From Chrysochromulina tobinii (taxonomy: Eukaryota): 45,557 bases of DNA. Position 1 is the first letter of the stretch. The number at the start of each line of letters is the position of its first letter. The position numbers and the translations under genes are program-made. The stretch spans positions 1 to 45,557 of the forward strand of contig JWZX01002916.1 in NCBI GenBank assembly GCA_001275005.1, in the 5' to 3' direction. Positions 29,101 through 39,100 of the stretch are shown one piece after another. Below the pieces are notes generated by a model. It was not told the origin of the DNA and did not search any database. It saw nothing but the letters and a program-made list of their open reading frames with translations.

Positions 29101-31783
29101 CGGACAGGAGCGCGGCGGCGTCCTTGATCGTCGGCTTGCCCTTGAGCTCCGCGTCCAGGCGCACCGCCCACGCGCGCGCCGTCTCGAGCTTGGCGACCAG
29201 CAACTTGGTCGTCTCGGCCGGCATCGTGCCACTCTTGCCGACGAGCTCCTCGAGGTCCTCGATCGTCGCGGGGCCCTCGAGCGCGAGCGCCGCCTGGCCG
29301 CGCCACGCATCCCCCGCTTGCTGATCGGAGACCAGCTTGACCTCGGGCAGCTCGATGCCCTTGGCCCTGGCCTCCTTGACGAGCGCCATGAGCTCCTGCA
29401 TCACATCCATTGTCGAATTGTGAGCGGTCATCAGTGGTCATCAGTGGTCATCAGTGGTCATCAGTGGTCATCAGCGGTCATCAGCGGTCATCAGCGGTCA
29501 TCAGCGGTCATCAGCGGTCATCAGTTGCACTCACCTGCCACTCGGCATTCGACTCCATCGCCGCCTTGGCGCGCTGCAGCCAGCCACGTACGGTGCCCAG
29601 CCGGCCGTCAAGCACCTCCTGCTCGGCAAGGTTGAGGTTGAGCTCCTCAGCACCAGTACTCAGCTCGTCGAGCAGCTTGAGCACCGTCGGCGTCACTGGG
29701 ACGGGCGGCACCAGCAGCGCCCGCGCATCCTCGGACCACTTGCGCGCCATGTCGAGACGGTCGCGCACCTGTGGGGAGGGGAGAGGGCGTCGTGGTGAGC
29801 ACTTGCATGCCCTCCCGCGCCATGTCGAGACGGTCGCGCACCTGGGTGATCTCGACCGCGTCAAGGCGCAGCGTGGCTGCCTCACCGAGCAGCCCCTCGA
29901 CGACGGCGACCGAAAGGCGAGCGCCTGAGGCTTTGCGAGACGACGTCCGCCGGAGCAGCTCATTGTTGACCGTCGTCATCCACTTTTTGCACGCCGCCGT
30001 GCGATCGCGCAGCACGTCGGCCTCGGGCACCTTGATCCGCAGAGCCTCGGCCTCGCGCTGCAGGTCCTGCAGCTCGCGCAGCTCGCAGCTCGCCTTGAGC
30101 ATCACTTCGCGCGTGCCAGCGAGCCAGGCGTCGACGCGCCGCAGTCGGCCGCGCACCTCTTCGACCTCGGCCAGCCGCAGAGGAATGCGCTCCCCCTCAG
30201 CCAGCAGCGCCTGCAGGCCCTCCGTCGTCTGCGGGCGGGCGAGCTGCTCGGCACAGCGCGCCTGCCACGACGCGCCGTGCTGGAGCGCCTCACTGAGCAT
30301 CGCGAGGCGCCCCGTCGAGCCCGTCGAGCCGAGGTACTTTAGGATGTGGCGGTTGAGGTCCGCCCCTCGGTCGGGCAGGCCATGCGCTTCACGCAGCTGC
30401 TTCACACTTCGACCAAGCTTGTGCGCCGCCGCGCCGTCGTGCACGAGCTTCTCGAGCTCCTTGATCTTGAGCACCGCGCCACCGCGAGATTGAGATTGAG
30501 ATTGAGATCTCAACGACCCTTGGGGCTCGTCGTCCGGCGCAGCCGGCGCCGCGCCGGCGCCGGCGCCGGGCTCCGCGGCAGAAGGCTGAGCCGCGCCCGC
30601 TTGCGCGTCTTGGCTGCTCCCGAGGAGCGCGTCCACTTGCGCGCTCCACTCGCTCACCGCCACGCGCACCGCCTCGGCCTGCTGTCGCTCGTGCGTCTCG
30701 AGCAGCGCGGCCGCGGCCGCCTCGTCCTCGCTGCCGCGGCCGAGCGCGGCGAGCGAGGTGGGCAGCGTGCCACTGACCGCGTCGGCGATGCCAGGCGCGA
30801 GCACGTTGGGGAGGAGCAGAAAGGCAGAGGCGTGCGCGGCGCCCACCACCGCGAGCAGCGCCTCGCCAGCCGCGTGCCCGAGTGCCTGCAGCTGCGCCGC
30901 CGACTCGTCCGGCAGCGCGCCCAACCACTGCTTGGCAAGGAGCAGGGCCGCCTTGGCCCTGGGCAGCGAGTAGCCACTCAGGTGCAGGTGCGTCATCAGG
31001 TACTCGGCGAAGAAGGCGTCGGACAGCGTCGCGCTCTCCACCAGCCGGTGTGCGAAAGCGAGCAGCTCGCACAGCGCCTCTTCGGCACAGCCTTCGGGCA
31101 CCCAAGCAAGAGAGCCCGCGCCGACGGCCAGGGGCTTCTCGGCCGGGTCGCGCTCCGCGCGAAGCATCGTGGGCGCGATCTGGTACTTGGTCGCGTCGAC
31201 GCGCGCGGGCTTACGCGGCATGCCACGCTCCGCGTTCTCGTGGCTCTGGTTGGCCTCGGCGAGGAGCTCCGCTTCCGTCTTCTTCTTACGCTTACCTTGA
31301 CTGTGCGCCGGGCAGGCCCACTCGCCCTCGGGCGCCACGTCGAGCGGCGGGTCGACGCAGTGCAGGTGGTACGAGCGGTCGCACCGATCACACAGGATCA
31401 GCTCGCCACTCGAGCCGCACTTGAAGCAAAAGTCGTCGTTCGTGTCCTCGGGCTCGTCAGCTGGCGGCGCGGCCGGCAGGCTGGAGGAGGAGGAGGAGCC
31501 GCCACCCTTGCCCGACGACGGTTTGCTGCCACTGTCCCATGCCGATGCTGCGATGGGGAGCACGCAGCGCGTCAGCACGCTCGATGGTCAGGCGAATACG
31601 CAGGGAGAACGCGCCGCGGGGCTGTGGCTGTGCCTGGCGGCGCTCGCGGGCTGGACAGAGAGAGGAATGGTTGGTGCCACGCGCACCCTGGATGGCTTTC
31701 GCGGCGAAGTCATCGTCACCGCTGAACCCACGGTATGGTACCAGCCTGGCACAGGTAGGATAAGCCAGGCCATTGGTGGCCAT
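23175..31783 (-). CDS. Large chromatin protein: PHD, ELM2-like, PLU-1-like helical repeats, second PHD, low-complexity region, Tudor-like domain. Exons 31783-31687, 31547-29842, 29768-29535, 29395-28052, 27947-27578, 27364-27120, 26997-25831, 25742-23868, 23753-23175
   Basis: PHD1 CFKCGSSGELILCDRCDRSYHLHCVDPPLDVAPEGEWACP. ELM2-like RVDATKYQI..EYLMTHLHLSGYSLPRAKAAL. Repeated L..L..EA..L....PE...L......W motifs as in KDM5 PLU-1. PHD2 YCVCRQP..MIECEGCQGWYHITC..FHCPRC appears only after splicing. All eight GT-AG introns restore or keep the frame. Confidence 0.8.
23754..23867 (-). mobile_element. Introner-like intron (114 nt, in frame) with diverged exon duplicate and internally duplicated cassette
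   Basis: 23847-23869 matches 23733-23755 at 19/23. Core TGCATGCAAACGCTCACCACGGCGCC...TTCACAG. Confidence 0.75.
25743..25830 (-). mobile_element. Introner-like intron (88 nt): cassette flanked by a perfect 36-nt direct repeat
   Basis: 25709-25744 equals 25797-25832. AAG|GTGGTC ... CCCCACAG|GTGGTC joins ORFs 25429..27024 and 23175..25940. Confidence 0.85.
26998..27119 (-). other. Intron (122 nt) starting with a diverged copy of the downstream exon
   Basis: The first 27 nt match the downstream exon at 22/27 (VRRQEAELL vs VRIEEAELL). Filler is GATTGCATGC/AAAGTGCAT; acceptor is CCCTCATCAG. Confidence 0.8.
27365..27577 (-). other. Intron (213 nt) with a ~62-nt tandem repeat x3; acceptor copied from the upstream exon end
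   Basis: G|GTGCGT donor. TTGGGGTTCGTCAG acceptor resembles exon end TTGGGGTTCGTCCG. Repeat period is 62 (27381, 27443, 27505). Splicing rebuilds the PHD finger. Confidence 0.85.
27948..28051 (-). other. Intron (104 nt) with 18-nt exon duplicate and internal AG|GT
   Basis: 28036-28053 matches 27932-27949 at 17/18. Two CTGATTGCCTCCCTCATCAG acceptors, at 27990 and 27948. Confidence 0.82.
29396..29534 (-). other. Intron (139 nt) filled with (CTGATGACCR)~10
   Basis: CAG|GTGAGT ... ATGCAG|GAG, phase 0. Tandem 10-mers at 29424-29524. Confidence 0.8.
29769..29841 (-). mobile_element. Introner-like intron (73 nt): cassette flanked by a perfect 29-nt direct repeat
   Basis: 29743-29771 equals 29816-29844. 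Core GCATGCAAGTGCTCACCACGACGCCCTCTCCCCTCCCCACAG. Removal restores the frame. Confidence 0.85.
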
Positions 31784-31951
31784 CCTTCGCCGTGCGGAGG
31801 AAAAGAAGAGTTGCGGCGAGAGCGCTCCGCTCGGAGCGAAACACGCGCCGACGCCGCCCAGTCGCCTTCGTGTGCGCGCCGCCGCCGTCGGGTCGTCCAT
31901 CGGGACGCCGTCGCCTGTGTCCTCCGACGGTGCCCTTTGCTTTCACTAACC

Positions 31952-34176
31952 ATGCCCCCCACGGACGACGAGTTGCTCGCAAGCAACCCGGATGCAGCCA
32001 TGTTAATCGCAGCCGGCGCGCCACGCAAGGAGGTCCTCCAGAACCTTCGCATGACCGCTGAGACGTCTGGTCCACTCAAAGGCGTGATCATGCGCGCCGA
32101 CCGCTCGCGCTTCGCCTCGTCGGTGCTCCCGCTCGGTGCCTTCCACATCTCCGCCGTCGCGGCGCTCGGCATGCCGCTCGCCGACGGCGCTCTCGGTCTG
32201 CTGCTGCTGCTGCTGTTGCTCGTCGTGCACCGCATGCTCTGGGTGCGCCTGGTGCCGCCGATGGTCTTGGCGGCCGAGCCTCCGCCGCTCCTTGGGGCGC
32301 CGACGTCGCTCTCCACCGCAGTCTTCCTCGCCGCCGCCTCGCTCGCAGTCTCGCTGCTCTCCCCTGCGGGCTCCATCATCGGTGGCAGCATGAGCGCCGT
32401 GCTCGCCGCTTGCGCCGTCACCGCGGCCGTCGTCGCCTCGGGCCAGCCTACCGACCAAGCTGCCGCCACCTCAGCCCCATCGCTGCTGCCGCCCCTCGTC
32501 CCCGCGCTGCCTTCGTGGCTCGTGCGCGGCGCGGGCGCGCTCATCGTCACTCTCGTCGCGTCACTCTCGTCCCTAGGCTACCACGGCGTGATACGCGCGA
32601 GCTGCCCCGCCGCTGCCGCCACGAGCCCGTGCGCCGCCGCGGCGTCGCACACGCCTCTCGTGGCCGCATGGGCCATGCTCGTCGGCCTCGTCGTCGCGCT
32701 CGAGCACTCGCTCGAGCGCGCCGAGGGGCCGCAACCGCCACCGAGCCGCTCGGATCGCTCGGATCGGGCTGACTTGCGGTTGCTCACTATGTACCAGCCC
32801 GGACCGGCGGTGCTTCCGAGCCGATCGGACGCGTGGCCGCTCATCGGGCAACAGCTGTGGCTGCGGCTTCGGCCGCTGCTTCCCGCGGCCCTCTCCGGTG
32901 CAGCGGCACGCGCTTGCCAGCTGGCGATCGGGGCGACGCTTGCGGCGTGGCTCGCGCCGTCGGCGGTTGACTCGCTAGGCGCTCTCGCTCTCGCGCTCAG
33001 CGGCGGCTGCACGCCCTGCGCCGCACCGGCGGCCGAGGAGCTCTCCATGGGCGACGCGCCGGGCAGCGAGGCGGCCGCGTCCGCCGCGTCCGCCGCGTCC
33101 GCCGCGTCCGCCGCTGGCCTCGGGCTTTGGTTCTCGATGCTGCTGCGCAGCTGGGCCTTCGTCGCCTCATGCCGGCTCGGATTCAGCGCCGTGCACGTGG
33201 CGTACACGCAGCCACTTGATTTCCGACGTGCCTCGGCGTCTCCGCTCGGCGACGAGAAGGTCCTCATGGCGGCCATGGCCAAGGAGGCGCCGCCCCTCAC
33301 GCAGCACCTCGCCTACCTAGACGCGGTCACTCTCGCTCGACACGAGCCCGCGCGACGCCAAGCGCTCTTCTTGTTCAATGGGGGCGCCGCGTGGCACGGC
33401 TTCCTCGAGCTCCTTCTCAAGCCCATCGACGTGATGGCGGCTAATCTGAAGGCGCGCAAGGCCCGCGCAGTTCAAGAAAAGGCGCGCGCTCCAAACGGCA
33501 CCTCCATTCACACCTCCATGCACACCTCCATGCACGCCTCCGCCCTTCCGAAAGGCTCGCTGCCCCTGCTTGCAAGTGCTCACCACGGCGCCCGCCCCAC
33601 CCTCTCCCCCCACAGGCCGCCGTTCCCAAAGGCTCGCTGCCCCTCGCTCTGCGACGTCTGACCGCGCGGCTAACCGCCATGCGTGCGGCGATGGACGAGC
33701 AGGCGGCACGGAGCTTGATCCTTGGCTCGACGCAGCTCGTCGTGTGGGCCGCTGAGGCCTCGAGCTGCCTGCTCGCCGCCGCGTTGATAGAGGACCAGGC
33801 GGGCGTCGTGCACAAGAAGGGATCGCTCAGAACGGCGCTTGCCTCGCTCGCGAGCTGCCTGCAAGCTCTGGAGGCGTTCACGGCGGGCGGCGGCGCGCCA
33901 CTCGGCGGCGCGCGCACGCGCCAGCCCGCCGCGCAGCAGGCCATCGCGCTGCGTGTAGGCGAACGCAGCGGACCCGCGCAAGACCGCGCTCAGAACGACG
34001 CTCATCGAGCGGAGGCCGTCAAGGGTGCAATCAGCCGCGCGCTCTTTCTGCTCATGCAGACGTATGGCTACCGCGCCATCGCCATCGAGGCGGCGCACTT
34101 GCCCGAGGAGCAGAGGCAGCGGCTCCAGGCATTCTTGCGCGAAGCGGGTATGCTGATCATAAATCATCATCCCTAA
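31952..34176 (+). CDS. NDC1: Nucleoporin NDC1 (TMEM48)-like membrane protein. Exons 31952-33481 and 33616-34176
   Basis: Several N-terminal TM segments, then QHLAYLD....EPARRQALF and VWAAEASSCLLAAALIEDQAGVV (Ndc1 ED.xGVV motif). A GC-AG intron joins ORFs 31421.. and 33679.. in frame. Confidence 0.75.
33482..33615 (+). mobile_element. GC-AG introner-like intron (134 nt) with cassette preceded by a 28-nt copy of the downstream exon
   Basis: AAG|GCGCGC donor. 33540-33567 matches 33617-33644 at 26/28. Core TGCTTGCAAGTGCTCACCACGGCGCCC...CCCCACAG. Confidence 0.7.
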
Positions 34177-34403
34177 CGTGTGATGCACGGAGAAGTGATT
34201 ATGTGTGGGGCGCGCAAACTGGGTCAGGGAGGCACGCTCAACGGACGAGCAAATTGTTAAGGGGAGGAGAGATAGAGGGCTTCTCATTCAACCTTGTTTG
34301 GGTCAACATTGGACTCCTTTTATGGTACAGATGTGGCAAATTTCCTAATCCAGCGACAAAAATCAACTCCTTCTGCTATTCGCACGAACAAAAACTGCTC
34401 GAA

Positions 34404-34733
34404 ATGCTGTCGACGCACGTCCCCAACGCCATGTCAACGACTCGTCTGCGAATTTGCAGTAGCTGCTCCAAGTCACTGAAGAGCGGCTCGGCGGTCCTGA
34501 TGGCTCTCGATCAGCCGTTCTGCTCCGAGCGCTGCCGATCTGAGTTCGTGTTCACGCAGGCTACTCCTAACTCGGAACCGTATACTCGAGCATACAGACA
34601 GCGAAGCGAAGGACAGGGCGTGTTCATTTCGGATCCAAAGCGCTCGAAGGATTCGCCTCAAAGCCCTCGAGAGTTCATCCAATTGTATCCAGTCACTCAG
34701 CCAAGATGGAGCGAAAGCTCGCTTGCCACATAG
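34404..34733 (+). CDS. Small FCS-like zinc finger (FLZ/DUF581-type) protein
   Basis: CSSC-x17-FCSERC matches CX2CX17-19FCSX2C. Start is uncertain. Confidence 0.65.
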   Translation: MLSTHVPNAMSTTRLRICSSCSKSLKSGSAVLMALDQPFCSERCRSEFVFTQATPNSEPYTRAYRQRSEGQGVFISDPKRSKDSPQSPREFIQLYPVTQPRWSESSLAT

Positions 34734-35322
34734 TCACTCACAGCTTCAATGGCAGCGCAGCTGTGCGGTGACCACACTGCGTGAATGTGCAGACAAAGGC
34801 CGTTATCTGCATAGACTGTGTGTGGCACGCCGTCCTCGGCCATGTCTGAGACTGTGGCAGTCTGTCGCACGGTATGTCCGTCTCTCTCGGCGGCATGCTT
34901 GTGGCGGTTGCCGGTTGGGTATAGGACTCATAGGTCTGGCGTCTGGCGCATGCGCGCCCCGTTAACGGCGCGCTGTCAAGGAATGGCGGATTGTGGACTA
35001 ATCCCGAGATCCTCAACGTTACGTTTCATAACTACACACGTGCGTACGTGACTTCTGACTACCGGCTGCGACGCTTACTGTCGCTTCTCGATTGATACAC
35101 TTCCGCCCCGGGGCGGGGGCTACGTGCTGTGTGTCGCCTGTCCGCTTCCCACTCCGCTTATTCGCATGCTCGGAGATAGACGAGAAAGAAGAAGGAAGTA
35201 CCCGAGGCGCCACCCGCTGCCGGGGCGAGCGCGGGCGCCGCGAATACGGCACGATGAGGGATCAAGTGGGCCAGTCCAGCCTAGTCCGTGAGCTCCGCTC
35301 GCCCATACCGTTCAAGCTGCTC

Positions 35323-35946
35323 TCACTTCTTTGGCGCGCGTGGCAGCTTGGCGCCCAGCTCTCGCTCCATCTTAGCGATGAGGGCATTGTTGGGGATCGC
35401 CTTGCCCGACTCATACTCTTGAACCGTCTTCACGTCGGTCATGAGCTTCTGCGCTAGATCCTTTTGCGACATACCCTTTGCGTTGCGCGCCTGCATGATC
35501 GCCTTCTTGAGGTCAGCGCTGACCGTTTGGTCTGTGGCGGGTGGGCATTCGGCGGATGTGAGCTCGGCATTGCGCACGGGGCGGAGAGGGAGCACCGCTT
35601 CGAGAACAAGCCGAGGCTTACGCTTGAGCTCCTCGGTCTCATCCTCAAGCTGCTGGTTGGTCTTGCCTGCGACCTTGGACATTGATGGACCCGGGCCCGC
35701 CGGGGCACCATCCGGGCCGCGGGCGGACTGCGGACGGGCAGAAGTTGGCCGGCTGCTAAACACGACGTTGGCACCCCAGTCCTGCGGCGTGCGCATCCGG
35801 GTGAGGAAAGTGGGGACCGCGAGGCGCGTGGAAGTGGCCCGGGAGCGGTGATTCGCGTGGGTGGGGCACGCGCGATGATGGGACTGCGGGGCGATAGCAA
35901 TCATGCGGCGTCCCACCTGACCAGCCATCTCTCCGCGCGACGGCAT
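35323..35946 (-). CDS. MBF1: Multiprotein bridging factor 1. Exons 35946-35917, 35781-35622, 35531-35323
   Basis: Spliced Q|DW at the N-terminus, LEDETEELKHQTVSADLKKAIMQARNAKGMSQKDLAQ...YESGKAIPN. Two in-frame GT-AG introns (135 and 90 nt). Confidence 0.93.
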   Translation of the reverse strand: MPSRGEMAGQVGRRMIAIAPQSHHRACPTHANHRSRATSTRLAVPTFLTRMRTPQDWGANVVFSSRPTSARPQSARGPDGAPAGPGPSMSKVAGKTNQQLEDETEELKRKPRLVLEAVLPLRPVRNAELTSAECPPATDQTVSADLKKAIMQARNAKGMSQKDLAQKLMTDVKTVQEYESGKAIPNNALIAKMERELGAKLPRAPKK

Positions 35947-36154
35947 CAGTGCGTGCTTTCTTCCAGCGGCGCGTGCTTTCTGATCAAGATCCGGCAGACG
36001 CCTCGGGACGCTTTTTCAGTGTGAACGTGAACGTACATGTAGTAGAACACGCAGGGCCATCGGAAAAACTCTTCGCGTCATTTGGCCATTTCCGACGCTG
36101 CGAGCAAAAGTCGATCAACACCCACCCGCTTTTGCACGTTCGAGCATCTTCGAG

Positions 36155-39100
36155 ATGCCGGCGGCGCGGGTCGGCATCAGCACCCGCGAGCATCACGGCT
36201 CGGATGCGAGCCCAGCGCCGCCCAAGAAGCAGCAGATGACCGACCTCACGCTCTGCTTCAGCCTTTGCTCGCTCTTTGACTTCGACAAGTCCGGCATGGT
36301 CACGCAAGAGGACTGGATCCGTGGCATGCAATGCCTCATGCTCGACGATCTGGGCAACGACCCGAAGATGTGGGCCAAAATGACCGAGATGCATGGCGTC
36401 CGCGACGGCGGCAAGGCCATGGTCGACGTGAACCGCCTCGCAGACATCGTGCCCATCGACCCTCGAGTGGCGGTGCTGCTCAATGCCGTCGTCAAGGGTC
36501 TAGTGGGCATGCGCGACTTTGTCGAGCGCTCATTCCGTAAGGAGACCAAGGAGGCGGAGGTGAAGCAATCGCGTGCGCTGATCAACATCCGCCGGCGCAT
36601 CATGCATCCCGTGCTCCATGCATGGAAAACGTACGTCACGCAAAACAAGAACCTGCTCCGAAAGAGCGCCGGCCAGGGACTGTTTTACAAGCAGCACAAG
36701 GCGTTTCGGCAGTGGAAGTACGCGCGTGAACTCTGCATCGAGGAGAGGCTCGAGGCGCGTCGGCAGGCGCGCCAGAACAAGAAGCTCGCCGCCGCCGCCG
36801 GCCGTTTCATGAACGCTAAGATGTCGATTGCATGGAACTCGTGGAAGGCGATGTATGTCGAGCGCAGAAAGATGCTCAAGATCTTCGGGAAGCTCAAGTA
36901 TCGGGCGGCCAGCTTGGCGTGGAACTCGTGCGTGGAACTCGTGCCGCCCCGCCGCGCCCGCGCCCGCGCTCACTACAGCGCCTCTACGCGCCTACGCCCA
37001 ATACAGCGCCTCTCACGCGCCTCCGCGCGCGCGCAGTCTCTGTTGCCTCGCCCCGCGTCCTGTGCTGTGCACGCCCCGCTCCTGCCATGGGAATGCTCTC
37101 GACCCTCTACCAGGGTGTAACCTGAGGGACAGAGTAGAGAGCTGTCACCCTCCATGGAGCCATGGGAATGCTCTCTACTCTGCGCTCGCACCCTCCTGCG
37201 GCGGACTACTCTGGGAATGCTCTCTGCACTGCCCTCACCTCCTCCGGCTCGCCACGGCCTGCATGCAAGTGCTCACCACGGCGCCCATGTGCTCGCCACG
37301 GCCCTGCCCTCGTTGCAGATGGCTCGAATTGCTCGCCGAACGCGACCGCATGAAGCGCTTCTTCCGGCGACTGATGAACATGGAGCTCGCTCGTAGCTTT
37401 TCAAGCTGGCTCTCTCACCTCGACGACCTCGCCGAGCAGGCGCGACTGATTGGCTCTGATTGCGTCTGATTGCGTCTGATTGCGTCTGATTGCGTCTGAT
37501 TGCGTCTCTGAGTGCATGCTGACGACCTTGCGCGAGGAGCGAGCCAAATCGAGCGCGACGCTGTGATCGCCTCTGAGTGCTTCTAATTGCCTCTGAGTGC
37601 TTCTAATTGCCTCTAATTGCTTCTAATTGCCTCTAATTGCTTCTAATTGCCTCTAATTGCCTCTCATTAGGCGCGCGAGGAGCGTTCCAAATCGAGCGTG
37701 GTGCGCCGCTTCCTACTCAAGGACGTGGGGCGGGCGCTCAACCACTGGACGGGGCTGTGGCGCGAGAGGCAGCGCTTCAAGCTCATCGGCCGCCGGATGG
37801 GCTTCGACGGCGGCCTCTCGCGTGCCTGGCGCCAGTGGGAGTACCAAGCCGCGGACGATCAGAGGCGCAAGGGGATCATCGGCCGCTTCGCCAACGTGGG
37901 CCTCACGCGAGCGCTCAATCGATGGCTCGAGTCGCTGGAGGAGCGGCGGCTGATGCGCCATTTCCTCAAGCGCGCGATGAACGGTGGGCTCGCGCGCGCG
38001 TTGACGAGCTGGTACGAGACGATGCATCAAGGTGCGTTGCCGCCGCCCCTTGGGCTCCGCACCCGTCTGGAAGGGGTGCCACCTCCGTCTGGAAGGGGTG
38101 CCTCCTCGAAGGTCTGGAAGGGGCCTCCTCGAAGGTCTGGAAGGGGTGCCTCCTCGAAGGTCTGGAAGGGGTGCCTCCTCGAAGGTCTGGAAGGGGCCTC
38201 CTCGAAGGTCTGGAAGGGGCCTCCTCGAAGGTCTGGAAGGGGTGCCTCCTCGAAGGTCTGGAAGGGGCCTCCTCCGATCCTCATTCATTCGACCGTCCGC
38301 GCGCGCCGCCGCTTGTCGTGCCCGCTCACGCCCTCCACGCACCGCCCCTCTCCCCGTCTTCTCCCCGCCCCGCACAGCCAAAAAAGACCATGCGCGACTC
38401 GCGCGCTTCGGCGCCAAGTTCCTCAAGCTCAGAGAGTTGCGCGCTTGGAACTGCTGGCTCGGCCTGCTCGAGGAGCGCGCTCGCCTGAAGGTGGTGGCGC
38501 GGCGCATGATGCAGGTCGGGGTAGTGAGGGCCATCAACCAGTGGTGTGCGTACCTCGACGGGCAGGAAAGGTGAGCGTCGCGTGTTCCTCTGCCCTCGGT
38601 TCCTCCCTCTGTGTGGTGCTCATCCTCTCTCTCTCCCTCTGTGCGGTGCTCGCCGCCGCCTGTCTCGTTGTCGCGTAGGCTACGCGGCCTCGCCACCCGC
38701 TTCACCAACTCGCCGACGGTCAAGGCGTTCAACTCATGGGTGGCGGTGCTCGGAGAGCTGCGCAAGCTGCGCGGCCTCTTCGGGCGCGCCCTCGACGGTC
38801 GGCTCTCGCGCGCCTTCAACCAATGGCTCAACTCGAACTACTCAATCAATCAGCTCGCCAAGTTTGGCGCGCGCATGGCGAATGCCGTCGCCCTACGCGC
38901 CTGGAATCAGTGGATCCACGTCTGCGCCGAAATAGGTCGGTTACGTGTCTTTGGCCGACGCATGCTCATGCAGGCGGCGAGCAAGGCCATCAACACATGG
39001 GTCGAGTTCGTCGACGAGCAGGCGCGCCTTCGTCGCTTTGGGCTGCGGCTACTCCACAGGAACGTCATCAAGGCGCTCAACACATGGGAGGTCGAGGCGG

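Noticed and set aside
21533..29841. Frameshifted pseudogenes or programmed frameshifts at the ORF breaks
   Set aside because: Each break is resolved by a GT-AG intron that restores conserved domains.
38065..38275. Possible CRISPR array or coding repeat
   Set aside because: It is a spacer-less minisatellite inside a GT-AG intron.
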